A stretch of DNA of 64,000 nucleotides from Minisyncoccota bacterium (GTDB lineage: Bacteria; Patescibacteriota; Minisyncoccia; Phycocordibacterales; UBA9973), in the NCBI GenBank assembly GCA_041674285.1, contig JBAYVZ010000004.1, positions 21,913 through 85,912 of the forward strand, given 5' to 3'. Below the pieces are notes generated by a model, which had not been told where the DNA came from, did no database searches, and saw nothing but the letters and a program-made list of their open reading frames with translations. This document shows positions 20,297 to 29,451 of the stretch, one piece after another. The position numbers and the translations under genes are program-made. Each line of letters opens with the position of its first letter. The stretch's first letter is position 1.

Positions 20297-20832
20297 ACTC
20301 CTTTACTTGAAAAACTTGTAGCTATTTGATCAGCGCGTTCATTGTAGATATGACCGCTGTGGCCTTTTACTTTTTCCCATGAGAGCTTCCCTTGATATCC
20401 ACGTACGAGGCCGATGAGTTCTTGCCATAGGTCCTGGTTCAAGACTGGCTTTTTATTGGCAGTTCGCCATCCATTTTTTTCCCAGTTTGCCACCCAAGAA
20501 TTTACGCCACCTAATACATAGGCAGAATCAGCGCAGATATTCACCTCGGGGAAACTTTTTAGACTAGATAAATATCGTAGCGTCTCAATCACGCCTTTTA
20601 ACTCCATTCGATTGTTTGTAGTGGCTTTTTCGTATCCACCGAGCTCGTATACTATTTTATCCCCTTCTACCATGACAGCACCGTACCCTCCAGGACCAGG
20701 ATTCCCTAGTGAAGATCCGTCTGTATATACATCAACCCTGTTAGAAGCCGCCCCCGATAGTAATCGGGTGCTACGGTCACCTTGGGGCGACCTGCTTCTA
20801 ACAGGGTCAATTTTTTTTATATTCATATTCAT
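20278..20832 (-). CDS. rnhA: Ribonuclease HI, with a ~32-aa N-terminal extension that is encoded by a palindrome-bounded element
   Basis: VDVYTDGSSLGNPGPGGYGAV...ELKGVIETL...ICADSAYV...WEKVKGHSGHIYNERADQIA is a canonical RNase H1 fold. There is no in-frame ATG/GTG/TTG between the element and VDVYTDG, so translation probably starts at ATG 20832. Confidence 0.85.
   Translation of the reverse strand: MNMNIKKIDPVRSRSPQGDRSTRLLSGAASNRVDVYTDGSSLGNPGPGGYGAVMVEGDKIVYELGGYEKATTNNRMELKGVIETLRYLSSLKSFPEVNICADSAYVLGGVNSWVANWEKNGWRTANKKPVLNQDLWQELIGLVRGYQGKLSWEKVKGHSGHIYNERADQIATSFSSKGVCELVK
20736..20805. repeat. Palindrome-bounded element, copy D (13-bp perfect IR CCCTGTTAGAAGC / GCTTCTAACAGGG, GC-rich 44-bp core), lying inside the 5' coding region of rnhA
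   Basis: 20736-20748 ccctgttagaagc and 20793-20805 gcttctaacaggg. The arms differ from copies A-C by a single inserted T. Confidence 0.6.
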
Positions 20833-20862
20833 ATTTGCATTGTATCAGAAATGTACTCCCAA

Positions 20863-22557
20863 TTAAACTATGTCAACAATACGCAAACGGAGCTCTGTGC
20901 GCCCTGCAAAGAAGCTTTTTTCAAAGGTAGCTAGGAGATTTATTCTATCCCCATCATTTAATTTAAAAGTCTCGCGAGTTTTAAAGAATGCGATAGCTTT
21001 AATTGTTCGTCGTCTTGAATCTAGAAATACAAGTTCAAGATGATTTTTTTCTTTTCCAAATTCTTTTAATCCAGCGATTTGAATATTTTCAAATTTGAAA
21101 ATTGGCTTTGGATTACCCATCCCAAACGGTGCCATCTTTTCTATAACTTTATAATTATCATTATTTACATCATCAAGAGTGATTGATGCATCTATCATAT
21201 ACGAATTATTATTTTCTTCTGTGTCTTCTGTTTTATTTGAAATAATATTTGAGTGTACAATATTTAATCTCTCTTCAAGGAAATGAACCTCTGTGTGAGA
21301 GACAGCGAATCCTCCTGCCCCCACATGACCTCCGAATTCAAGTAAGCTATTTTCAGGTAATCCGGTCATCAGTTCTACAACATTTACAGACCCCCATGTA
21401 CGACAAGATCCACGAATAGTATCACTACCCTCTTGTCCCCAGACGAATACTGGCTTTTTGTATTCTTCAGCAATTTTAGATGCCACGAGTCCGAGCACTC
21501 CTACTCGCCAATCAGGATTACCTATCACTATTATTTCTTTTTCTTCTCGGGCTTGCATCTTGTGCTTCACATCTTTCATAATGTGCGCAACTATTGTTTT
21601 TCTCTCTGTATTTATTTTGTCCAGATGAGATGCGAGAGTTTTTGCTTGTACGAGATCCGTAGTTGAGAGAAGTTCGAATGCACGCATCGGACTATCCATA
21701 CGACTGGCAGCATTGAGCTTTGGTGCAATAGTAAAACCGACATCATCTTCAATGATATTTTTTGGATCTACATTCGCCTTCTTTAACAATTCAGCCAGTC
21801 CTGGACGACGAGCTTTTTGTAAAACTTTCAAACCATAAAATGCTAATACTCGATTCTCATGTAGCAGTGGCACTTGATCAGCAATAGTAGCGAGTCCTGC
21901 CATATCCAGTAACCATTTCTCCCAGCCATTTTGAATATTCCAATACTCTCCGTATTTTTTTATTAATCCTTGTACGAGCTTGAATGCGAGTCCTGCCCCA
22001 CAGAGCATATCATCCGGATAGCTACAATCACTCTGTTTTGGATTGATGATCGCATAAGCCTTTGGTATATGCTCGTGCGGAAGATGGTGATCTGTGATGA
22101 TCACGTCTATACCATTGGCCGTAGCGGTCGCCACCTCTTCAACTGCTGTGATACCTAGATCAAAAGTGATGACGAGTTTTACATCTGTCTTTATAAATTC
22201 ATCTACGGCTTCTTTGTTTAAACCATACCCTTCGAGGTGTCTGTCTGGTATATATACTAGGAAATTCTCATATCCGATCTTTGTAAAAAAATCGTGCATT
22301 ATCACAGCAGCAGGGATACCATCGCAATCATAATCACTGTAAACGACTATTTTTTCTTTTGCTTCTACTGCTTCGAATATGCGTACACAGGCACGCTCCA
22401 TATCTTTTAATAGATACGGATCATATATATCAGTCTCATAATTAGGATTTAGGAACTTGTCGGCATCAGATGCAGATATTCCCCTATTTCTCAAAAGTAT
22501 CTCTAGTAGTTCGGCATGGTTTGGCATACCTGCAATTGTAACATATAATAGATACAT
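20863..22557 (-). CDS. recJ: Single-stranded-DNA-specific exonuclease RecJ
   Basis: DHH motifs VVYSDYDCDGIPAAVIMHDFF and ITDHH; DHHA1 GGHVGAGGF; C-terminal OB domain. Confidence 0.9.
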   Translation of the reverse strand: MYLLYVTIAGMPNHAELLEILLRNRGISASDADKFLNPNYETDIYDPYLLKDMERACVRIFEAVEAKEKIVVYSDYDCDGIPAAVIMHDFFTKIGYENFLVYIPDRHLEGYGLNKEAVDEFIKTDVKLVITFDLGITAVEEVATATANGIDVIITDHHLPHEHIPKAYAIINPKQSDCSYPDDMLCGAGLAFKLVQGLIKKYGEYWNIQNGWEKWLLDMAGLATIADQVPLLHENRVLAFYGLKVLQKARRPGLAELLKKANVDPKNIIEDDVGFTIAPKLNAASRMDSPMRAFELLSTTDLVQAKTLASHLDKINTERKTIVAHIMKDVKHKMQAREEKEIIVIGNPDWRVGVLGLVASKIAEEYKKPVFVWGQEGSDTIRGSCRTWGSVNVVELMTGLPENSLLEFGGHVGAGGFAVSHTEVHFLEERLNIVHSNIISNKTEDTEENNNSYMIDASITLDDVNNDNYKVIEKMAPFGMGNPKPIFKFENIQIAGLKEFGKEKNHLELVFLDSRRRTIKAIAFFKTRETFKLNDGDRINLLATFEKSFFAGRTELRLRIVDIV

Positions 22558-22560
22558 GAT

Positions 22561-22677
22561 CCCGTTAGAGATTTGTTTGTAATATTTCTAATTATTGGGA
22601 TAATTTAAATTATCGTCGCATTTTTTACTAGATATTAATTAGATACGGTAATGTAAACATTACCTATCTCTAACGGG
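22561..22677. repeat. Palindrome-bounded element, copy B (IR CCCGTTAGAGAT / ATCTCTAACGGG) filling the divergent recJ / HIT intergenic region; both start codons abut its ends
   Basis: 22561-22572 and 22666-22677. HIT ATG at 22678; recJ ATG (minus strand) at 22555-22557, 3 nt from the left arm. Internal hairpin ggtaatg-taaa-cattacc. Confidence 0.7.
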
Positions 22678-22992
22678 ATGAATGAAAATTGTATTTTTTG
22701 TAAGATTATAAGCAATGAAATCCCATCATCAAAAGTATATGAAGATGATAAATTCTTGGCTTTTTTAGACATCCATCCTGTTTCTAATGGGCACACCCTG
22801 TTAATACCCAAATCACATCATGAATGGATGGTTAATGCTCCAGATGAATTAATATCAGAAATATACAAAATGGCAAAAAAATTGATGATAGAGATCAAAG
22901 AGAAAAATAAATGTGAATATGTAAAACTATCTGTTATAGGTAAAGACGTGCCACACTTCCACATACACCTAATACCTGAATATAATAAATAA
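22678..22992 (+). CDS. HIT-family (histidine triad) nucleotide hydrolase
   Basis: CIFCKII...HPVSNGHTLLIPKSH...VPHFHIHLIP (HxHxHxx triad). Confidence 0.88.
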   Translation: MNENCIFCKIISNEIPSSKVYEDDKFLAFLDIHPVSNGHTLLIPKSHHEWMVNAPDELISEIYKMAKKLMIEIKEKNKCEYVKLSVIGKDVPHFHIHLIPEYNK

Positions 22993-23016
22993 AAAACGCC
23001 CTGTAGGGCGTTTTTT
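22990..23016. terminator. Bidirectional terminator aaaaaacgccctgtagggcgtttttt between HIT (+) and pgk (-)
   Basis: Perfect 8-bp GC-rich stem flanked by A/T runs. Confidence 0.6.
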
Positions 23017-23026
23017 ATTATTCTGA

Positions 23027-24151
23027 TTATTTTAAAGCTTTGATTCCAGGGAGTGTGCCCTTTGCTAAGAATTCAAGAGTAGCACCGCCACCGGTCGATA
23101 CAAAAGTAAAATCTTTTTCCATCTTAAATTTAGATATGACTTCTACCGTATCCCCTCCACCGATTATAGATATAGCTTTTGATTTTCCAATTGCTTTGAG
23201 TAGAGATTTAGTTCCGGCATCAAAACCATCTTCCAATTTTCCAAGTGGTCCATTCCAAAGAATCAGTTTTGCTTTTGCAATCTCCTCTTCCATCTTTACT
23301 ATTGTCATCGGTCCTGAATCGACAATTGTCTCTCCTGATGAAACCTTGTTAGCAGATACTGAATGTGGCTTGCCACTACCAGTAACCAATACATCAGTAG
23401 GTACGATTATCTTTGGATTCTTGATTAGTTTTGGTAGATTAAAATTCTTTTCTTCTATCAGAGAGTGCCCTACTTCATACCCCTGCTCTCGAAATACCTG
23501 ATCCGCGAGCGCCCCTCCGATAAACAGAGAATCAGCTATTGGTAGATATTTTTTAATCAAAGGTAATTTTGTCTCAAATTTTGCGCCTCCGAGAATAAAT
23601 AAAAATGGATGCTTGGGCTCGTTGAATACAACAGAAAGATGCTGGACTTCATCCATCATTTGCAGGCCAGCAAAACTCGGCAAGAATTTAGGTAGTGATA
23701 CGATAGATGCATGAGGGCGATGAGACACAGAAAATGCATCATTTACATAGATATCTCCTAGTCGAGACAAACCACGAGCAAAAGATACGTCATTTTTCTT
23801 TTCACCCACCTCTCTGCGAATATTTTCCAGCAATACAACACTGCCAGATTTCAATCCGGCTATTATATTCTCAGTCTCGTCAGATAGTATGCTGGATTTT
23901 ACAAAAACAACTTCTTTTATATATTTTTTAAGAGTCTTGGCTATTACATCCAAGCTTTGACTACCATCATCCCCCGCGTGAGCCACTAGTATAACGATCG
24001 CCCCCTTTTTCAACAGAAAGTTAATAGTAGGTAATGATTTTTGTATCCTAAAGTCATCGATTATTTTACCGTTCTTTATTGGCACATTAAAATCCACTCT
24101 TACTAGAACTTTCTTACCCTTCAGATTTTCGATTTCTTTAATTGATTTCAT
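23027..24151 (-). CDS. pgk: Phosphoglycerate kinase
   Basis: VLVRVDFNVP...; the bilobed PGK signature is present throughout the ORF. 374 aa. Confidence 0.9.
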   Translation of the reverse strand: MKSIKEIENLKGKKVLVRVDFNVPIKNGKIIDDFRIQKSLPTINFLLKKGAIVILVAHAGDDGSQSLDVIAKTLKKYIKEVVFVKSSILSDETENIIAGLKSGSVVLLENIRREVGEKKNDVSFARGLSRLGDIYVNDAFSVSHRPHASIVSLPKFLPSFAGLQMMDEVQHLSVVFNEPKHPFLFILGGAKFETKLPLIKKYLPIADSLFIGGALADQVFREQGYEVGHSLIEEKNFNLPKLIKNPKIIVPTDVLVTGSGKPHSVSANKVSSGETIVDSGPMTIVKMEEEIAKAKLILWNGPLGKLEDGFDAGTKSLLKAIGKSKAISIIGGGDTVEVISKFKMEKDFTFVSTGGGATLEFLAKGTLPGIKALK

Positions 24152-24909
24152 TTTATTTGATCCGCAATAGATATTATTTTTACAATCTTTTTTGAATTTA
24201 GACTGTCTCGGCCAACTAATAAACCATCAGCACTACCCTCCAATAGGAAAGACAATGCATTCTCTGGGTGAACAGAACCTCCATACAGTACGGACATACC
24301 ATGAGCAGTTTTAATGTCATACATATCAGAAATAACTTTCTTGATAAAAATACTCATTTCAATAAACTCAGGAATCTCTGCATTTCGCACGGCCGAAGAA
24401 CCTATCGCCCAAACTGGTTCATAAGCAATAACAACATTTTTTATTTGAGATTTAGACACAGAAGCCAAACACTCATGTATCTGATTTTTTACAAAAGAAA
24501 GATAAAAACCATTATGATCTCGTTCCTTCTCCCCTACACACAAAACTGGGATCAGTTTATTCTTTAAGGATAATAGTATTTTTTTATTTACCAGAGCGTT
24601 GTCTTCACCCATAGCTCGACGCTCAGAGTGACCTATGATTGCATAAGTGGCCCCGATGCTACCTGCCATCTTGACTGATACTTCGCCAGTATAAGCACCT
24701 TCAGACTCAGAAGAAATATTCTGTACTCCAATAAATATTTTTTTATTTTTTAATTTAAGATTAGATATGAATGGAAATGGTGGACAGATGACAGTAATAC
24801 TATTTTTAAAATTCTTAATAGCACTTGAGATTTCATTTGAAATCTTGTCAGAATCCTTTTGAGTTTGAGGATTCATCTTCCAGTTAGCAATTATAAGTTT
24901 TTGAGCCAT
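24148..24909 (-). CDS. tpiA: Triosephosphate isomerase
   Basis: IIANWKMN...; catalytic IGHSERR...; overlaps pgk by 4 nt (operon). Confidence 0.9.
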   Translation of the reverse strand: MAQKLIIANWKMNPQTQKDSDKISNEISSAIKNFKNSITVICPPFPFISNLKLKNKKIFIGVQNISSESEGAYTGEVSVKMAGSIGATYAIIGHSERRAMGEDNALVNKKILLSLKNKLIPVLCVGEKERDHNGFYLSFVKNQIHECLASVSKSQIKNVVIAYEPVWAIGSSAVRNAEIPEFIEMSIFIKKVISDMYDIKTAHGMSVLYGGSVHPENALSFLLEGSADGLLVGRDSLNSKKIVKIISIADQIK

Positions 24910-24938
24910 TTATCTATTATAGCACAATTAAGGCGTTT

Positions 24939-26729
24939 CTACTGAGCCTCTTTCCAAGAGGCCAAATTCCATGAGCCGCTTGCATTTGAAGACTGAAACC
25001 CTAGACTAGACAAGGCTGATTTGAAATTAATCTTTGCCCCATTGGTTATGGCCATTTGGTAAGCTACAACAGTATTGAGCTCTGACCCTCCTGCAACCCA
25101 TATCTCTCCATTTGGAGCATAAAAAGCGTCCACGTCCCCTCCGTTGTCTAAATATCCAGCAAATTGTTCTTTGTTGCTTATAGACCCGGAGTGGATTGCA
25201 TTGTTGGTGGTAACAAGAACCAAGAAACTATTAGAATTGCCAGAACCACGGACGCTGGCACCACCGTAGATATATATAGGCCCATCTGAAATTATAATAC
25301 CGTCATTAGTACCAAAACTAGAAGCGAGCTCTATGTCCCCCCCATTGCTCACCTGTATCTTACCTGTAACATACACAGGGCCATTGATAGTCAATTTACC
25401 AGAAGTAATGATAAGGTCACCTACTATTTTTCGTGGACCAAGAGACCCCCCAGACCAGTTGATACTTACGCTGCCATTAGTGACTCCCCCTGCAGTTGCT
25501 TGCTCCTTCCATGAGTCGATGAATTCGTTTGTCACGGGGAAAGACAGTGGCTGAGGGTTTGAAGATTCTTCTGGCGCTGTCACGCAATTTTTATTATTTC
25601 TACCGGCTTGACAGTATAGATTATAATTACTATTCACATTTACACCTCCTACCGTCTCAGCATATGCATTCCCTTCTAGATTAATAGAGCCATAAGATTC
25701 TCCTTGAATATAAGAAGGCACCCTATCGAAAAATACTTTATAGTAGCTTGTGGACGCAGGTGAATTGGCAACCCAAGCGCTACCATTATTGGATCTGACC
25801 TTACCCTCTCCACCAGTGGTCAAACCAAGAGTGTGATGATTCCACTGAGAAGTAGTGTGGTTAAAAATAATCCAATATTTTGTATTCGCTGAAAGTGTTG
25901 GGGTGGTAGTAAAATCCGCATTAACCCATCCAAAACTACTCATCGTTCCGAAGCTATTCTGCGGAGTAGTCCAGGTGGCTAGTGTGGTTGTCCCAGGTGA
26001 GCCATAATTATCATTAACGACACTCACAGTAAAATTACCCGCGGACTGATTCGTCTTCATGTAGAGAGACACTCTCTTTAGGACACCACTTGCTGTAGTA
26101 GTAAAACTTTGAGCAAAATCTTCCTTGGGACTGTAGCCCAATATCACGCTTGATGGTGGAGTACTCGCACCAATATTTGAGACATGAGCTGGAGCTGGGA
26201 CTGGACTCGCAGCATAGATATTTCCGTGCACACTCACGCTTTGGGCCGTTAAATTACCGCTGACATATATATCCCCACTCTCTACTTGGACACCATTACC
26301 CAGGAATAGCCCCCCGCCACCAACTTGAGCCCCATAACTAAAAGACAAGCCAGGTGAAGTCGTTAGACTAATATTATTTTTTCTCTGCAATGATCCACTA
26401 TCCCCCAGGGAACTAATCTCTTTTTTATTGGCAGTGATGCTATTTATAGTCGTGGTTGCAGTAGAACTACCTAGGACTATTGTTTCACTCGATCCAATCT
26501 GTTTGTTATTTTTTATGCGATATATAGCGTCTTCAACTCCCGACTCAGAAGCAAAATAGGACTGCCTGGAGGTTATAACATTTGAAGCTATCTTAAATTC
26601 TCTCACTACAGGAGTAACTATCCCTATTAAAATAGTAATACTAATAAACATAAAAAAGAAGACGAGTACCAATGTCGCTGCCCCCTTATGCCCTTTTTTA
26701 TATTTAATTTGTAATTTATAATTTATCAT
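24939..26729 (-). CDS. Large membrane-anchored extracellular protein at the end of the pilin operon (putative minor pilin / pilus-tip protein)
   Basis: N-terminal TM ATLVLVFFFMFISITILIGIV followed by a ~560-aa Gly/Ser/Thr/Asn-rich beta-type ectodomain. Position right after three pilin genes. Confidence 0.4.
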   Translation of the reverse strand: MINYKLQIKYKKGHKGAATLVLVFFFMFISITILIGIVTPVVREFKIASNVITSRQSYFASESGVEDAIYRIKNNKQIGSSETIVLGSSTATTTINSITANKKEISSLGDSGSLQRKNNISLTTSPGLSFSYGAQVGGGGLFLGNGVQVESGDIYVSGNLTAQSVSVHGNIYAASPVPAPAHVSNIGASTPPSSVILGYSPKEDFAQSFTTTASGVLKRVSLYMKTNQSAGNFTVSVVNDNYGSPGTTTLATWTTPQNSFGTMSSFGWVNADFTTTPTLSANTKYWIIFNHTTSQWNHHTLGLTTGGEGKVRSNNGSAWVANSPASTSYYKVFFDRVPSYIQGESYGSINLEGNAYAETVGGVNVNSNYNLYCQAGRNNKNCVTAPEESSNPQPLSFPVTNEFIDSWKEQATAGGVTNGSVSINWSGGSLGPRKIVGDLIITSGKLTINGPVYVTGKIQVSNGGDIELASSFGTNDGIIISDGPIYIYGGASVRGSGNSNSFLVLVTTNNAIHSGSISNKEQFAGYLDNGGDVDAFYAPNGEIWVAGGSELNTVVAYQMAITNGAKINFKSALSSLGFQSSNASGSWNLASWKEAQ

Positions 26730-26735
26730 TTCATT

Positions 26736-27257
26736 TTAATACCCACCTCTTAATATTATAGTACTATTAAAATTGCGGGGTATTATATTTTGAGTATTTG
26801 TATTTACTACAGTCATTTCTATCTTTACAGCCTCCCCAGCTGTAGTCACAATACGCCTAAATACTAAGTTAGAAATAGATACATCTGCTCCCAGTAAATT
26901 ATCAACAAGAGTACCATTTTGATATAGATTCAAGGCTCCATTCTCTATTATAAATTTTACTGTTCGAGCATTCCCTGATTCATCTTTGCTATTCAACTGC
27001 AAAGAGCCCAGACTACTACCTAGCACACTATTTGAAGTATCTACACTAGATGATTGCCTGATCTCCCGTGTCATCCTCTCAAAAACAACATTACCAGTTT
27101 CTAATATATTACGAATATCACGTGTCTTACTAAAAGATGAAATTACTACTACAGATGAAGTAATAACCGCGATAGATATAATACTAAAGATACCAACATA
27201 AATTAAAATTTCCACCAAGGAGAAACCTTTATTAAATTGTTTTAAATTATTTGTCAT
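26736..27257 (-). CDS. Type IV pilin-like protein (class III signal peptide)
   Basis: KGFSLVEILIYVGIFSIISIAV: G/FSLVE prepilin cleavage and N-methylation motif plus hydrophobic helix. Confidence 0.65.
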   Translation of the reverse strand: MTNNLKQFNKGFSLVEILIYVGIFSIISIAVITSSVVVISSFSKTRDIRNILETGNVVFERMTREIRQSSSVDTSNSVLGSSLGSLQLNSKDESGNARTVKFIIENGALNLYQNGTLVDNLLGADVSISNLVFRRIVTTAGEAVKIEMTVVNTNTQNIIPRNFNSTIILRGGY

Positions 27258-27752
27258 TTAATTAAAAATATTAGCAACGTAAAAAGACAAACTCTTTGAA
27301 AGAGTGACTCCTCCAGAAGGCCAAGATACAGTGACTGTCACCTTCTTGGTGCCTGGGTCAACTGTCCCAGACGTAGCGATATCATCATTCGAATCTCTAG
27401 ATACAGCAGAGAATACGATTGTTCTTGTAAAAAAACTATCGATAGTATTGGGGGTTGTAGATAGAGAAACCGTATTATTACCTGTATTAAAAGATGTGTA
27501 ATAATTAGTATTATTACTAAAACCAGAGATGTTTGACCAATTATTGTCTCGTATTATTTTTACACTCTCTGCCCCCTCTTCAAGAAGGAAACTCGCTTGC
27601 ACTTGCCTGAGTGCTACATTTGAAAGATTTATACCTTTGTTGGTAGCAGAAATTAAACTGAAGGATAATATCGAGAAAATCGAACATGCCACCATCACCT
27701 CTACGAGAGCAGAACCCTTCTTGTATTTATTTTTTAAAAAAATATTAAACAT
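27258..27752 (-). CDS. Type IV pilin-like protein
   Basis: KKGSALVEVMVACSIFSILSF: prepilin-like leader with Glu at +5. Confidence 0.55.
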   Translation of the reverse strand: MFNIFLKNKYKKGSALVEVMVACSIFSILSFSLISATNKGINLSNVALRQVQASFLLEEGAESVKIIRDNNWSNISGFSNNTNYYTSFNTGNNTVSLSTTPNTIDSFFTRTIVFSAVSRDSNDDIATSGTVDPGTKKVTVTVSWPSGGVTLSKSLSFYVANIFN

Positions 27753-27754
27753 TT

Positions 27755-28231
27755 TTAATTTGAAGAAGAAACTCCAGTTTTTTTAATCGTTATAATCTTT
27801 TTTTGATTATTATCACTATTTAATTGTAGCACGATATTCCCATTTTGATTTGTATCTCCAGTTAGTCGCGTAAATGTTACATTTGCACCACCCCCAGTTA
27901 GATTGATCCCGCCACTAGATGGGATAGATACAGCACTATCAAAATTTACTACATAATTATTTGAGTCACTGCGATTAAATACACCACCAGTGAACAAGAC
28001 AGCTCTATTTGTTTCAAAATGGACGCTGTAGTAATTTGAATTCTTTGAAGCCAATGTTTCCATCCGAGCTTTGTTCAAAAGAGACACGACATCTTCTGCT
28101 GTATTAACCAAGACTTGGTGATTCTTGAAGCTAGACAATGATGGCATAACAACCGCCGTGATAACCGCCAATATCGCTATTGATATCAATATCTCAATTG
28201 CCCCTATACCCTTATTGTAATTATTTTTTTT
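27755..28231 (-). CDS. Type IV pilin-like protein (likely start at the MKKNNYNKG Met; the ORF-track N-terminus overlaps pilC)
   Basis: NKGIGAIEILISIAILAVITAVV is a prepilin leader. The upstream 22 residues of the track ORF overlap the pilC 3' end and are probably not translated. Confidence 0.6.
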   Translation of the reverse strand, partial: KKNNYNKGIGAIEILISIAILAVITAVVMPSLSSFKNHQVLVNTAEDVVSLLNKARMETLASKNSNYYSVHFETNRAVLFTGGVFNRSDSNNYVVNFDSAVSIPSSGGINLTGGGANVTFTRLTGDTNQNGNIVLQLNSDNNQKKIITIKKTGVSSSN

Positions 28232-28235
28232 CATA

Positions 28236-29450
28236 TTATTGAATTGTGTCCAATATTGAATACATTGGCTGTAACATAGATACAGCAAAAAATCCAACAG
28301 CCGCGCCTATAAACACCATAAGTATAGGCTCTATTATAGTCGAAAGATCTTTTGTTTTTGAATCAACTTCACCTTCGTAAAACGAGGCAATATCGAGCAT
28401 CATATTAGACAAATTACCAGTCTCTTCCCCCACTTCTATCATCTCACCCACCATCACAGGATAAAGATCGTTCCGCTCTTTAAAGACAGAAGATAGGGGT
28501 ATTCCTTTTTCGATGCAGACGATACCTTTGTCGATAACATTCTTGTAGTAAACATTCTGAAGAACTTCCTTTGTAATCTCTAGAGCTTTTGACATATTGA
28601 CCCCCGAAGATAAGAGTGATGCTAGTGTGCGTGTTGTGCGTGCTGCATTCATCTCTTGAACAATAGAACCAATGACTGGCAATTTTATAATAATAAAATC
28701 AAGAATCTTTTTTGTAGAATCAAAAGTAGACATAAAATAAATAAGACCAAATATTCCTGATATAAAACCTAAGAATAGAATCAAGTGATTACTCACTGTG
28801 TCCGACAGCCATATTACAAATTTTGTAGAAGCAGGAAGTTCGGCACCCACATCTGCAAAAGTCTTTGTTAGAGTAGGCACTACAAATATCAACATCAAAA
28901 CACCAATTAAAATCATCGCTGAAAAAATAATCCCTGGATACATAAGTGCTCCTTTTATCTTTTTATTTAGAGCATAAGTTTTCTGTAAATTTGTACCAAC
29001 TTCAACTAGGGCTTTTGGGACAGACCCTGACTCCTCCCCCGCACGAACCATAGAGACGAACAACGAAGAAAAAGTGTCCGGAAATTTTTTCATACCATCT
29101 GACAAAGACCCTCCTTTACTGATAGTCTCTGACAGTGTCTGTAAAACTTTTTTGTATTGATAATTCTGAGTTTGCTTTTCGAGAACAGCAAGAGATCGAG
29201 CTAGTGACAAACCAGCCTGGAGCATTCCTGATAAATTTTTAGTAAACATAATACGCTCCTCTAGACCAATTCCGCCAAAACTAATATGTGATATTTTAAA
29301 CCATATATTTTTTTCTTCAACTTCTTGTACTGAAAGTGGTGTCTCGTTCATATCACGAATCTGTCGAGCAGCCAAAAGGCTATCAGATGCCTCGATGGAA
29401 CCCTTGTGAATCTCACCTATCTTATTTTGAGATACGTAATTAAATTTCAT
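28236..29450 (-). CDS. pilC: Type IV pilus assembly platform protein PilC (GspF family)
   Basis: Two GspF repeats, 3-TM topology, ~400 aa; follows pilB. Confidence 0.85.
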   Translation of the reverse strand: MKFNYVSQNKIGEIHKGSIEASDSLLAARQIRDMNETPLSVQEVEEKNIWFKISHISFGGIGLEERIMFTKNLSGMLQAGLSLARSLAVLEKQTQNYQYKKVLQTLSETISKGGSLSDGMKKFPDTFSSLFVSMVRAGEESGSVPKALVEVGTNLQKTYALNKKIKGALMYPGIIFSAMILIGVLMLIFVVPTLTKTFADVGAELPASTKFVIWLSDTVSNHLILFLGFISGIFGLIYFMSTFDSTKKILDFIIIKLPVIGSIVQEMNAARTTRTLASLLSSGVNMSKALEITKEVLQNVYYKNVIDKGIVCIEKGIPLSSVFKERNDLYPVMVGEMIEVGEETGNLSNMMLDIASFYEGEVDSKTKDLSTIIEPILMVFIGAAVGFFAVSMLQPMYSILDTIQ

Positions 29451-29451
29451 A

